Shown one piece after another: positions 12,921 to 25,740 of a stretch of 64,000 bases of DNA. The notes beneath the pieces are model-generated. The model ran no database searches, was not told the DNA's origin, and saw only the letters and a program-made list of their open reading frames with translations. The first letter of the stretch is position 1. Every line of letters begins with the position of its first letter. Source of the DNA: Mobula hypostoma (lineage: Eukaryota); NCBI RefSeq assembly GCF_963921235.1, contig NC_086097.1:59088001-59152000 (forward strand), read 5' to 3'. The position numbers and the translations under genes are program-made.

Positions 12921-13080
12921 GGGTAGCTAATGTTCCACAGTTGTTCTGTTGTCGAAGAAAGGCTCTAAAATAAGCTGGGAGATTATAGGCTGGTTAGCCT
13001 GACATCAGTAGTGGGTACGTTATTGGAAGCTATTCTAAGGGACCTAATATATAAGTGTTTGGATGGATGGGTACTAATTT

Positions 13081-16000
13081 AAGATGGCGGCGCGTTTGTA
13101 TCACAAGGCTCAGTGTCTTACCAGATTTTGAAAAATAGTGTTAATTTATCTGCTTGTTTCCTGTGTGTTCGCTCGATTCAGCTATGTGAACTACAGCAAA
13201 CAGTCACTTTTGGACATTAACTATCGATGCACCAACACAGTTTTGGACTACCCATTCAACTTCGACCAACTACCTCCAGAGTTAGTAAGGACACCGTGGA
13301 CCTGCATTCAACTCGCTACGACTGGAAGGGCCCAGCGCCGGCGTCGTGTACGTAATCAAAGACGGGGGAAGTGTGGAGGTCTCCGTGCTAGGCTAAAGCT
13401 AAATCCACACTGGCCAGCGCTACCTAGCATCTTCCTCACCAATGGTCGGTCTCTGTTGAACAAGCTGGAAGAACTAAGGTCTTGGACCCTCACACAAAGA
13501 AGGTTTATGGATTGCAATGTCATGTTTTTTACGGAGACGTGGCTAAACAGTGATGTCCCAAACAATGTGGTGGAACTGGAAGGGCACATGGTCTTCAGAG
13601 CTGACAGAGCTGCAACAACGACAGGTAAAAGTAGGGGAGGTGGTTTATGCATCTACGTGAATCGATCATGGTGTACTGACTCTACCATTGCTGACACTTA
13701 TTGCTCTGCTGAACTGGAATACCTGATTATTAAGTGCAGACATTTTTATCAACCTGGAGAGTTTACATGCATCATTGCTGTTGCAGTTTATGTTCCACCA
13801 GATGCTAATGCTAAAGTAGCCATGAAAGACCTCAGTTCCACTATTAGCAAGCTGCAGACATTGCATCCGGACAGAACCTTTATTGTCGCTGGGGACCTCA
13901 GTCATTGTAACCTACGTACCATGCTTCCAAGATTTTACCAAAATGTATCATGCACCACAAGGGGAAATAAAACCTTAGATCATGTCTACACAAATGTGGC
14001 TGATGCTTACAAAGCCAATACCCTCCCTCACCTGGGACAGTCCGACCATCTTTCATCGTTTCTGCTTCCCAAGTATAGCCTGGTCATTAAACCTGTGAAA
14101 ACACAATGAAGACTATTAAGATCTGGCTGGAGGGTGCTGACTCTGCTCTTCAGCACCAATTCCAGCACACAGTTTGCTGCCTATGCCACCACAGACTCTC
14201 AGATTAACATTGACTCTGTCCTTGAACACATCAACATTACCAACTCTGTCCTTGAACACATCAACAAGTGTGTAGATAGAGTGACATCACAAAAACAAAT
14301 AAAAGTTTTCCCCAATCAGAAACCATGGATGAACAGAAAATTTTACCTCCGCTCAAAGCCAGAGATTCAGCCTTCGGGTCTGGAGACTGGAAAGCTTACA
14401 GCTCAGCCAGGGCCGACCTGAGGAGGGGAATCTCTCAGGCTAAACACTTATACAAACAGAGAATCGAGGAGCATTTCAACTCCTCGGACCCCCGGCGCAT
14501 GTGGCATAGCATACAGGTCATTACAGACTTCAAACCACCTAGTACTGTGCCCCCTTCCAGCTCTGCTTCCCTCCCTGATGAGCTCAATTACTTCTACGCT
14601 CGCTTTGACCGAGAGAACAAGGAAGTCACCCTCAAAGCAGATCTCCCACCTGGTGAACTGCCTCTCTCACTTTCCACCTCTAATATTTGACCCACCCTGA
14701 GCAGGGTGAATGTACAAAAGGCAGCTGGTCCGGATGGAATACCCGGCCATGTGCTCAGAGTCTGTGCAGGGCAGTTGGCTGGGGTCTTCACGGACATTTT
14801 TAATCTGTCCCTGGCCCAGGCAGTTGTCCCCACAAGCTTCAAGATCGCCACCATCGTGCCAGTGCTGAAGCATTCCACTGCCACAGGCCTGAATGACTTC
14901 CGCCCAGTTGCACTCTCCCCCATCATTGCAAAGTGCTTTGAGAGACCGGTTCTACCACATCTGAAATCCTGTCTGCCCACTACCCTGGACCCCCATCAAT
15001 TTGCCTATCATACTAACTGGTCAACAGAGTACACCATCTCCACGGCACTTCATTCTGCCCTGACCCACCTGGACAGCCCCAACTCTTACTTCAGAATGCT
15101 GTTCATTGACTTTAGTTCGGCATTCAATACTGTGATCCTCTCCAAACTGATCACCAAACTTCACCAGCTTGGTGTCAGCGTCTCCCTCTGCAATTGGACC
15201 TTGGACTTTCTGACTAACAGACCCCAATCAGTTAAGTTAGACAACCTCTCCTCCTCCACTCTTACCCTGAACACCGGTGTGCCTCAAGGCTGTGCGCTGA
15301 GCCCTCTTCTGTACTCCCTTTTCACCTATGATTGCGTTCCTATACGTGGTTCTAACTCCATAATCAGCTTCGCAGATGACACCACGGTGGTTGACCTGAT
15401 CAGAGGGGATGACAAGGTGACCTGCAGGGACGAGGTCCAGCACCTGGCCACATGGTGTGCCGATAACAACCTGGCCCTTAACACCCAGAAGACCAAGGAG
15501 ATCATTGTGGACTTCAGGCATGCTAGGAGCCACACTCCAGTCCCCATCTACATCAACGGAGCTGTAGTGGAGCATGTATCAAGCTTCATATTCCTTGATG
15601 TCCACATTTACGAGGATCTCACCTGGTTCCTGAACTCCTCCATCCTGATCAAAAAGGTGCAGCAGCACCTTTATTTCCTGTGGAGCATCAGGAAAGCTCA
15701 CCTCTGTCCCAGGATACTGATGGACTTTTACTGCTGTACCATTGAGAACATATTCACCAACTGCATCTCAGTATGGTATGGCAATTGTCCCGTATCGGAC
15801 CGCAAAGCACTCCGGCGTGTGGTGAAAACTGCCCAGCGGATTATCGGCACCCAATTGCCCACCATTGAGAATATCTACCATAAACGCTGCCTGGGCAGGA
15901 AGAAAAGCATCATCAAGGATGCACCTCACCTTAACCATGGACTTTTTACTCTCCTCCCATCCTGTAGGTGCTACAGGCTCCTCCGCTCCTGCACCAGCAG

Positions 16001-16252
16001 GCACAGGAAGAGTTTCTTCCCTGAGGCTGTGACTCTGCTGAACCTCACATCACAGTGCTAAGCAGTATTGCACCCATACTGTACTGTCTCAATACTTTTA
16101 TATTTGTATGCTGTAGCACTTACTTTTTATTCGCAGCTATTTTGTAAATAATTCTTTGCATTTCTGGTCAGATGCTAACTGCATTTCCTTGGCTTTGTAT
16201 CTGTACTTGGCAGAATGACAATAAAGTTGAATCTAATAATCTAATCTAATAA
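13081..16252 (+). mobile_element. Rex1/Babar-clade LINE, essentially full-length; APE+RT ORF broken by a few lesions
   Basis: Starts AAGATGGCGG. APE motifs PSIFLTNGRSLLNK, FTETWL, GKSRGGGLCIYVN and GQSDH. RT motifs [25 protein letters not shown] and SFADD. AATAAAGTTG(AATCT)n tail. Possible TAATT TSD at 13075-13079 and 16253-16257. Confidence 0.93.
13138..16061 (+). pseudogene. Disrupted endonuclease/reverse-transcriptase ORF of the Rex1/Babar element
   Basis: Four consecutive ORF-track pieces (13138-14109, 14134-14421, 14325-14690, 14706-16061) separated by frameshifts and an in-frame TGA at 14688. Confidence 0.9.
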
Positions 16253-17800
16253 TAATTAGGGATCATCTACATGACTTTGTGCATGGTAGGTTATGTTTAA
16301 CCATGGGAGGTTTGTCAAGAAGATTCAGTCGCTTGGCATTCAGGACGAGGTACTAAATTAGATTAGGCATTGGCTTCATGGGAGAAGTGAGAGAATGGTA
16401 ATAACTGGTTGCCTCTCTGATTGGAGGCCTATGACAAACGGTATGCCACAGGGATTGTTGCTGTTTGTCATCTATATCAAACATTTGGGTGATCACGTAG
16501 TAAACTGGATCAGCAAATTTGCAGATGACACTAAGATTAGGGGTGCAGTAGAGAGCGAGGAAGGCTATCAAAGCTTGCAGCAGGATCTGGACCAGCTGGA
16601 AAAAATACAGGTAAGTGTGAGGTGTTACACTCACAAATGTGAGGACAAACCAGTGTCAGACTTGCATGATGAGCGACAGGCACTGAGAAGTGCCGTGGAA
16701 CAGAGGGATCAAGGAATACAGATTCGTAATTTCTTGAAAGTCGTATCACAGGTTGCTAGGGTCATAAAGCTTATGGCACATTGGACTTCATAAATTAAAG
16801 TATTGAGTACAGGAGTTGGGATGTTACGGTGAAGTGTATAAGACATTGGTGAGGCCTAAGTTGGAGTACTGTGTCCCGTACTGGTCACCTACTTACAGGA
16901 AAGATATCAATAGGATTGAAAGAGTGAACAGAAAATTTACAAAATTATTGGCACGACTTGAGTAGCTGACGTATAGGGAAAGGTTGAATAGATTAGGACT
17001 TTGTTTCATAGAACGTAGAAGATTGAGGTGAGATTTGATAGATGTATACAGAATTATGAGGGGTATAGATAGGTAAATATAAGCAGATTTTTTCCACTGA
17101 GGTTTGGTAAGACGAAGTTAAGTGTGAAGGGTAAAATGTTTAAGTGGAAAATAAGGGGGATTTTCTTCACTCAGACTGTGGTGTGAGTGTGGAACAAGCT
17201 GCCAATGAACTGGTGAATTAGGGTTCAATTTCAACTTTTAAGAGGAATTTGCATAGGTATGTGGAAGGGAGGGGTATGGTGGGCAGGTAGATGGAACAAG
17301 CCAGATTAATCGTTCAGCACAGGTTAGATTAGCCAAATGGCCTGTTTCTATGCTCTAGTATTTCATGACTCTATGTGCCTACCTAGGAATGTCTTAAATG
17401 TCCCTAATGTATCTGCCTTTATCACCACCCCCAGAAGATGCTCAGCTCTGTCTCTATTGCTGTTACACAGATCCACAGTGTCCTCTTGGGTATGGTATAA
17501 TTTTCAGGGACCTACTGAAGATTCCATTAATGTCTGTTTTAGAGAAAAGGGCTTAGGTGGTCTTCTCTCCCTTCCATAGGACACTTATCTCTCCTTGGTT
17601 AAACTGCAACTCAGGCCAAGACCTAAGTGTGTTTTTGCACACAATGTCACCCCATAATTCTGAACTCCAGTGAACTGCAGGAGACGTTCCTGAATGGTAC
17701 GGATTCAAAGTGGTGCTATGCTAAGAAGATGGAACTGTGCTACTAACTCTGCACTGTACTAACTCTGTGTGAAAAAGGAAGTCCAAGGCAGATATTTATA

Positions 17801-18030
17801 AAAGACATGGAGATCGCAGATGCTGAAATCTGGAGCAACAAACAATCTACAGGAGGAACGCATCAAGTTGTACAACAACTGTTATGGGAAAGGAACTGTT
17901 AACATTTCATTTCAAAATCCTGCACCAGTCTCAAAGCAAATTTTTGACCCAGTGTTGATAATTTCTTTTCCCTCACAGTTGCTGCTTGACCTGCTGAGTT
18001 CTTCCAGCAGATTGTTTGTTGCTTCAAATA
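17801..18030. mobile_element. Penelope-derived fold-back mini-element (old)
   Basis: AGCAACAAACAATCT...AGATTGTTTGTTGCT inverted arms. Carries the GCAGATGCTGAAATC and GACCTGCTGAGTTCTTCCAGCA family motifs; hammerhead core eroded. Confidence 0.7.
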
Positions 18031-19631
18031 TTTAATGGTTGGATAGAAAAAACATATCAGACAGCTGAAAGAATAATTCAAATGTTAGTTTTCCGAAGGG
18101 ATTCTTTTCATAAGGTTCAACAATAAATTTATAGAATAAAAGTGAGTACATTAGGTTGGACACTAAACCATAGAGAGAAACAGCCAACATAGTACATATT
18201 TTCTATTGTGGTTTGTGAGGTTAGACAGGAAATACAATCTGGGAGAGCAGGGATGGAGGGGAAATACCTGCTTCGTACAGCAGAGACTAAAAGATGGGAT
18301 GTACCCTAGAGCAGCTGAAGCCTAGGATTTTTCTGTGGAGCCAGGTGAAGAAGTCACATTCCTCATTTATTAAAGGACAGTTTAAAGACCTTATTGGATT
18401 TCCACTTTGTTCCTATGGCATCTGGCCACATTATACTGCCATTCAGAAGTGGGTCAATATGTCTTTGGTCCCCCAAGTATGCCATTTATCAATGTTCCCA
18501 GAAGAACTTGCTGGGAGTCCCAAGAGCTGCAAAATTGAATGAATTTTAATTGGATGTTTGACAGGAGCAAAACAAAAAATGAAATAGTTCTAAAAACGCA
18601 AACAACCTTTCCCCAGACTTCGTTTGCTCCTTTCCTTCTTAAGGAAAGTGAACAATATTCTTATGCCTGGGAATGCCCATTAACGATTCCTGTTCAGCTT
18701 GTAAGTTCATAGCAAAGCAAAAGTCAGAATGAAGACTCAGAATGGTTTGATAATCAGTCATAATAGGTGTTCAACTAATTTACTCCATGGGGGAAATTTG
18801 AACCAATGAGCAGCTCTTCTATTTCTTTGTTAGAAGTGTGACAATAATACAAATATTACACAATGAAGCTCAGAAATATTCTGTTAATATTACATATAGA
18901 ACAGTCTACAGGATATCTACAGGTTTATTACTGAAGATTCAACCATATTCTGTCAGGCACGAGGTTAGATTGACCACATAAATCTGAGCCGAGGATGATC
19001 TGTCACCATTTTCACTGAGGAAGGAATATTTCAATGGGAACTTTATAAAAATATTGCTATTATTAAATCTGTTCAAATGGGACTGGACCCATTTTCTGAA
19101 AGGGAAATTGCACATTGTACTTGAATCTTGTTGAGATGCAGGAATGCTGCTAGAAGATGATATCATTGTTTTTGTTTAACCTGGAGTAATAAAACAGAAA
19201 ACTACAGACAGTCAGGCTAACAATGGTGATGAGAAAGTTATTAGACACCAATATTAAAGAGGAAATAAACGTTTCTTTGGAAATGTACATATTTTTGTAT
19301 TCATTTTTGATTAGGATGAAGCTGAAGGTTTATCCCTCGTGTTGGTTCATTCACTAATTCCTACAGATCCAGCCTAGTTGCTAGGCTTTTAAGGACTTGA
19401 CCAGTTTGGTCTGTAGTGGAGTAGCATGCCACCGCTAAGGACACTGAAGTCCCCGTCCAACACACTTCATGTGCCTTTGCTTTTTTCAATGATTCTTCCA
19501 AGCAATTTCAACAAGGAGACATTGTTTCAGCCTGTGTTGTCTCCCAGCTTCTCTGTTACTTCCTTCCTTTCTCAGTTCTGAAAAAGGATCTTCAACCTAA
19601 ATCATTAATTGTTTTCTCTTTCCACGTTTTT

Positions 19632-20400
19632 AAAAGTTCAAGTTCAAGATTAAAATCATTCAACCGTGCACATGTATACAGCTAAACAAAACAATGTTTC
19701 TCTGGGACAAGGTGCAAACCACTTTACATATGTCACATAAAGTAGTATTAACATAATAATATTAATAGATAATAAAAAGTTTCTGCAGATGTACAAGTTG
19801 ACATAAAGTGCATATACAACATATGGTTAAATATACAACACTATAATGCTACCGACACTGTCATAAATGGTGTGTACAGGGTGGTAGCCGGGTGTTCTGA
19901 AGTCTCATATTCTGGGGAAAGAATCCATTCTTTTTTTTGGCATGTGCGTCTGCGTGCCATGCATGTGTCCGTGATAATGTCTTTTTCACGGCTTTTACAA
20001 GGCTCTGAGTGAGAGGGAGACTGTGTGGCGAGCCACTCCTCACACAAACATTTTCGCAGTATTTCCTCTTTTATTTTATGAGGTTGAGTTGCGATCTCGG
20101 CACTCAACCCGGCACGGATGGAAAGTGTACTCGGGGGTGGACCCAACTAGTTTCGAACCTGGGAAGCTTCGCTCCCGGGTCCAGCGCTGATGTCATTGCG
20201 CCACGAGCCGACCTGAAAGCATCTGTTCTAAGAACAGTCCTTGTTCTTATATAGTGGTACTTCGTACTTGATGGTTGGAGATCAAAGAGAATGTCGGATG
20301 GAAAGGAAGTGTCCCTGACAATGCTGTAGGCTCTGCGAACACAAGGTTTATGGTAAATGTCCTAGATGGGGATGAGGCAGGGGGTGTGGAGAGAACCTGC
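19632..20400 (-). mobile_element. Rex1/Babar 3' stub interrupted by a SINE
   Basis: AAAGTTCAAGTTCAAG tail at 19632. RT C-terminal-like sequence resumes after 20213. Confidence 0.5.
19850..20213 (-). mobile_element. tRNA-derived SINE
   Basis: Minus-strand head GGTCGGCTCGTGGCGCAATGACATCAGCGCTGG...CAGGTTCGAAAC with A and B boxes. Retained CpGs suggest it is relatively young. Confidence 0.7.
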
Positions 20401-21469
20401 TGATTTAATGTTTGATTTGTTGAGTTCTTCCAACTCTAGGTTTTGTTTAAAAGCTCCTTGTACTTTGAGTTTGGGAAGATTATGCCACTTGGTCCAGCTT
20501 GTGCGCTTGCTTGAATAAGGAGGCTGCAGGTTCCATGCAGCTCACTTAACCCACTACAGACAGCACAGGGACAATGGTCGAGAGATCTCCTTGGTTCAAA
20601 TTCTGCATCCTTTGTAAAATTAATTTGAATTCAGATGGATGAATATTATCTTCCACTACATGCAATACCAATCTGATACCAACCTGAACATGATGGAGAT
20701 TGCAGTCCATAAGCTCACCTTGATTTGTAACATTTTTCTCAGTGGAATAGACATGTTAACCGCTCTCTCTGTGGAAACCATGGGATCGTATTAGCTCAGT
20801 AAATAAATCAAATGCAAGAAATCGGTAGGAGTCAGCTAGTAAAAGCGCAGAATTGTCTATCAGCAGAAGTGAGCAGCAGCCTACATTGTTATCACTCAGT
20901 TTCCCGTTGATACATTGAATATTCTTACTACTTATTAACACAGTGCTCAAGAATATTTGCACAGTTGCTCAGCATCCTCTGACTGTAACAAGCTGGAGGG
21001 GGATGCAAGTTCCAAAACAAGTAATTGAAAGTAGCATTCATGCTTCTGACTTTGCCTGCAGGTGGATCAGTGTGGGGTTGGGGTGAGTGTAGATTCAAAG
21101 CTTTGCATGGGAAATTCTGATTGAGAGGGTCTACATGAAACCATAGCACTAAAACACATCAATGTCAGTCACCTGCTGCTGTTCATGAGACTGCTGAAAG
21201 GGCATCTTTTTATGATGTCTTCTGTTCTGTTCTGATCATCTCTCGCTTTTGGTTCCTCAGTACAAGTCTGAGCAAAATTCCAAGGTCTCTGTGGCAAAAG
21301 TGAAATTTTGATGATTAACCCCTAAAAGGCATCTGGTCCAGACTAGTGCAGCTAGCCAAGTACTAAAAGTCTTTGTGAACTAGCTGGCTGTGGTATTTAT
21401 GGATATATTCAACATCTAGGCATAAATATTTTAGATGACCTGTCCTGTGTCCATTACATAGATGCAATC

Positions 21470-22421
21470 ACAAGGAAAACATACCCAACATCTTTACTTT
21501 CTTAGAAGGTTAAAAAGGTTCAGCTTGTCACAAGCATTCTAAGAAACTTTTTCAGATGGACTGTTGGAAGTATCCTGACTGCTTGGATCATACTCAGTAC
21601 AACAATTCAAATGTGCAGAAACATAAGAAGCAGCAAAAGGAAATGTACTCATCCCAATGTATCACTAGCACGTCCTCCCCCACCATCAGTAGTTGCTAAA
21701 TGAGATGCTGGTTCAAGAAAGCAACATCTATCATCACAAATCCCCACCACTTGGGCCAGGCCATCTTCTCACAGCTACTATCAGGCAGAAGAAACTGAAG
21801 CCTGGTGTCCCACAGCATCAGATTCAAGAATGGCTGCTTCCCTTAAGCCATTTGGTTCATAAAACAACCCAAACAAATGTTATCACTACCAGTATTCCCT
21901 CCTCCTTTCCCTTCTCCTATGGTCCACTTTCCACTCCTATCAGATTCCTTCATCTCCAGCCTTTTACCTTTCCCACCCACCTGGTTTCACTTACCACCAT
22001 CCTTCTTCACCTCCTCCCACCTTTTTATTCTGACACCTTTCCATTTCCTTCCCAGTCCTGAAGAACGGTCTCAGCCCAAAACGTCAACTGTTCGTTCATT
22101 TCCATGAATGTTGACTTACCTTCTGAGTTCCTTCACCATTTTGTCTGCATTGCTTTGGATCTTCAGCAACTGCAGAATCTATTGAGTTTATAGCAAAACT
22201 GTGACTACTTTCGACTACAACAGACTTTGTGTTTGCTTTAATGGCGTTCTATCATGTATAATTTTGCATAATTTATGTTGGTAATTTATATCTTTCTTGA
22301 GAATGTTATGTATTTTTTTGCTCTGTACCTGTGATGCTGCTGCAAGTAAGATTTTTACTGCAACTGGGCATACACGTACTTGTGCATATGACAACAAACC
22401 AGACTTCGATGATTTTGACTT
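21470..22421 (+). mobile_element. Rex1/Babar 3' fragment containing a Penelope terminal-repeat insertion
   Basis: Decayed RT C-terminus (YFLRRLKRF...) and TGACAACAAAC...GACTTT tail. Confidence 0.65.
21893..22190 (+). mobile_element. Penelope-like terminal repeat with hammerhead relic
   Basis: Pyrimidine-rich tract, then AGTC CTGAAGA ACGGTCTCAGCCC AAAA CGTC AACT (22054-22089) and the family tail. Confidence 0.78.
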
Positions 22422-23294
22422 TGGAATGCTCCCCTAGTGCCTGTGGTTTGCATAACTGAGGCCTTGTGCAGATGTTACTGGAGCTTCCACCTTGCAGACT
22501 CTGAAGTAGATAAGCATGATTCTATGGCATTAATTTCTAGTGGGCTTTATCACATATCTGCATCTTGAATTGCACTTACTACCTAGACTATTTCCCAGTA
22601 TCACTGACAAGTGTGCTATTCCTTGCGCAGGTCCTCCAAATAAATGATGCATGCAGCAATTCTCAGCCATTTAATCTTACATTTTTTTTTGCATTGTTTG
22701 CATTTTTTGAAAGAAAAGCTCAGGTTCTTCTTAATAACTTCTTAAATACTTCATGATTGGCTATCTTGATAACTTCTTCCTATAGCTTCTTTTCCCCTTA
22801 AACTTAATTACAGTATTAAAAATCATTTCAATATTTATATAAGCCAAGTTATTTTACAACTTAAAATAAATAATGGATTACTACTTTAAGTATTTTGGGA
22901 GTAGCTACTGTTTTCTACAATTTCCACAAACAAAATTCCATTATTGGAAATTGCACATCAAAACTACTCATCAAATTTGTACTCTACTGCAGTTATTTTC
23001 CTGTTATGTTAATGAATGAAAATATGCAATACTCTTGACTCCAGAGTAAGGAATAAAATATGAATGCACTGTATTCCCAGACTGGACCCTAGTGTTTTCT
23101 CTTGAAGAGTAAATCAAATGCAACCAAGTGTAATTATGGAAGTTAGGAAAAATGTCAGTGAGCTTTTAATTGGATATGTTAACTAATTAGTTGCTGAAGT
23201 TCTTGAAAAACTATAGAGTAAACTTGTAGTCTTTAGGTGGGTTATGGTTATCTTTCTAATAATATATATAAGTTCCTTAATGTTGTTGTATCTG

Positions 23295-23830
23295 GGGGTG
23301 TTAGTAGAGATAAGTTCCCACTATCTATTAAATGCTCCCAGTGGTGTACATTTCACACAACCTCTGACAACCAAGTGCAGGTCCTGGCCTTCACATGTGG
23401 CTTTGCTACTAAGCTCGGTGGAACCAGTTCTACTGACAGGAAGAGTGGCAAAGGCGAGTTACTGGCGCCTTTGCTTTGGGCAGATGGGACTCATCAGTCA
23501 TGGTTGGCAGCTCACCTAGGAGAAGGAAAACTCTGATCTCAAACCTCGGCTGCCTTGCGGCTATAACCACTCATGGTGAAGGCTTTGTGAGTAAACCCCG
23601 AGGGAAAAGGCAGTCCTACGTTGAGTTCAATGCTCACTGGCAACTCCTATGATACCACTGGTGCCAAACTGTATCAGTCTCTGCTGTCCTTTAGGATTCA
23701 TCAGCTGCATGAAGAGGGGGAGCCTTCTACAAGGGAAAGAGCTTGCTCTCCATATAGTACTGCCCTGGCTTGTGTATCACATAGATAGCTTCAGATGCAA
23801 CATCCATGGTTGAACCCAACCTATGAAGAG
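23295..23830 (+). mobile_element. Non-autonomous element with RTE-type 5'-UTR motif
   Basis: Contains GGCAGCTCACCTAGGAGAAGGAAAACTCTGATCTCAAACC, resembling RTE 5'-UTR/SINE sequence. GC-richer than its flanks. Confidence 0.5.
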
Positions 23831-24559
23831 GGGTGTCCCAATATGGAAAGCAGCATTTATTTCTAAAGAAGGCCAACTAATTGCATATGAGATGGCAACA
23901 GTGAAAGTTGATTTAATATAGGGTATGTCAAAGAGCTTTTTCCATTGTGGTAAAGGATACCTAGTGGTGGGATGAGAGCTATGGATATAAGGAGGGATAT
24001 TTAATGTGCATGTTAATGGTTAATAAATCTAACAATTTTTTGCACTAGCATACTAGTCACACTTGTACACTTGTACAATTTTATTAGCTCAGCTTCCTTT
24101 TGCCTCACTGAACATAATTCTTCCAACCTTGGCTCCATTCTCTCTCTCTCCTGGTCTATCCAATTTACTCTCTCATCTGTGGCACATCCGATGCCCTGAA
24201 TCAGTCTGAGAGTTCCCAATCTCCCTGTCCTGGCCTAATACCACTTTCTTCAGAATTGATATTAAGATTTTCCTGGACACTGCTGTCAAGGTAGATGGGC
24301 TGTAGTTCTGTCTTCTTTCTCTTCCTTTTCTTACACAGTGCGGATTCACTTATTATTTTGAGTCTGTACGAACCATTCCAAGATCTAGGCACATTTGACA
24401 AATAAGAACCAGTATACCCACTAGCTTCATAATAATCTCCTTCACAGTAGCGGGATGCAGGTCAGCAATTTTCAGTTCCAGTATTTTTCTAAATTAATGG
24501 ATTTCATATTATGAGAAGCACTCCATGTTACTATCTGCTATTCATGTTAAGGCAGAATC

Positions 24560-25030
24560 AAAGAACGATTTCTATTCATCCATGGGCTGTGACTGCCATT
24601 ATTGAGATCAATGTTCCCTGCTGTTCTTTAATTGCCTCAAGATGAATGACCATATTGTTATGATATGACAGCTAGTGGGTATCACAGGCAATGATTGGCC
24701 ATTGTCATAAACGTAGGAAGTAGTTAAAAGTAGGTCAGGAGGCACACGGTGCAGACTAGATAAGGACTGCAGATTACTTTCCTTGAAGGACATTGCTGAA
24801 CCAGTTAAGTTAATGTCACATGGTTACCATTATAGTGGTAGCCTTTAAAAACAGATTTATTTCATAGTTTGAATTTAATTTTTACATCATCTTAGATGGG
24901 GTTTAATCTAATATCTTGGATCAATGGCCTAGTCTATTGATTTAACACTCTACAGCCACAAGATATTCACATGCAGACCAGACCAGCTTTCCTTCCCTGA
25001 AAGACACAAGTGAAGCAGATGGATCATATT
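24560..25030 (-). mobile_element. Old SINE (Meta-domain-like) with a partial second copy
   Basis: GACTAGATAAGGACTGCAGATTACTTTCCTTGAAGGACATTGCTGAACCAG is the reverse complement of the core at 31450-31530. The core recurs at 24975-25025. Confidence 0.5.
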
Positions 25031-25629
25031 TAAGTTATTAGTATTCATCCTGACACTGCTGATGCCTAGTGCTCGACTAAGACAGATAAAGCAAATGGTC
25101 TAGCAAAATGTCCTTTTGAAGGCCATTTATATTTTCAACGTGCATTTGTTGGGTAATGTTGCAATGGTATAACCACAACATATAACATCAATCTTAGTGA
25201 GATTTCACACTGTCAGTAGGCACTACATATCTTATACAAGGACAGCACGCACAAAGGACAAGAATTAATTTTCCGTCTGATCTGATTGTAGGTACACATC
25301 ATATTTAAAAACTACTGTTACTATTTCAGCTAAAACAATTAATGGAAGTCATTTATATAATAAAAGTTACTGTAAATCCTTTCATTATACTGGATCATAT
25401 TACAGCATACATAACAGAAGATTTCAGACAGAATTCTAAACTGTGTCTCATAAGGTTATGTGGATATTAAATCCATGGTAAATGATGACACATAATTTAT
25501 CACTTGTTTGTGTCTTAAATGCTATTATTACAAACTAGATTATGCAATAAAAAAGCAAGATGCTTAACAGATTTGGATAAGTTGTACAAAACTAGCTTAT
25601 TCATATTTTAACAAGTTTAGAATGATTAA

Positions 25630-25740
25630 CAGTTCTGGTGAAAGGTCACTGAGCTGAAATATTAACTGGCTCTTTCTTCACAGATACTGCTTGTTCCACT
25701 GAATAGTTTTAGTAATTGCGTGTTTTTTAAAAATTTCTGT
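25630..25740 (+). mobile_element. Penelope-like terminal repeat relic (second subfamily) with hammerhead-like motif
   Basis: CAGTT CTGGTGA AAGGTCACTGAGCT GAAA TATT AACTG, then CACAGATACTGCTTG. Similar relics at ~19573, ~26390 and ~26706. Confidence 0.6.

Larger units (their letters stand above)
12921..17375 (+). mobile_element. 5'-truncated CR1 LINE split by a Rex1/Babar insertion
   Basis: GDYRLVSLTSVVGTLLEAILRD...VLI before 13080 continues as IRDHLHDFVHGRLCLT after 16253. WISKFADDTKI and the CR1 3' tail follow. Confidence 0.85.

Noticed and set aside
14706..16061. 451-aa ORF as a host or domesticated gene
   Set aside because: It is the RT part of a LINE, preceded by an in-frame stop and frameshifts.
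20130..20213. tRNA-like sequences here and at ~4411-4490, ~31709-31780 and ~54520-54600
   Set aside because: A/B boxes are present but there is no complete cloverleaf, and each continues into a SINE body.
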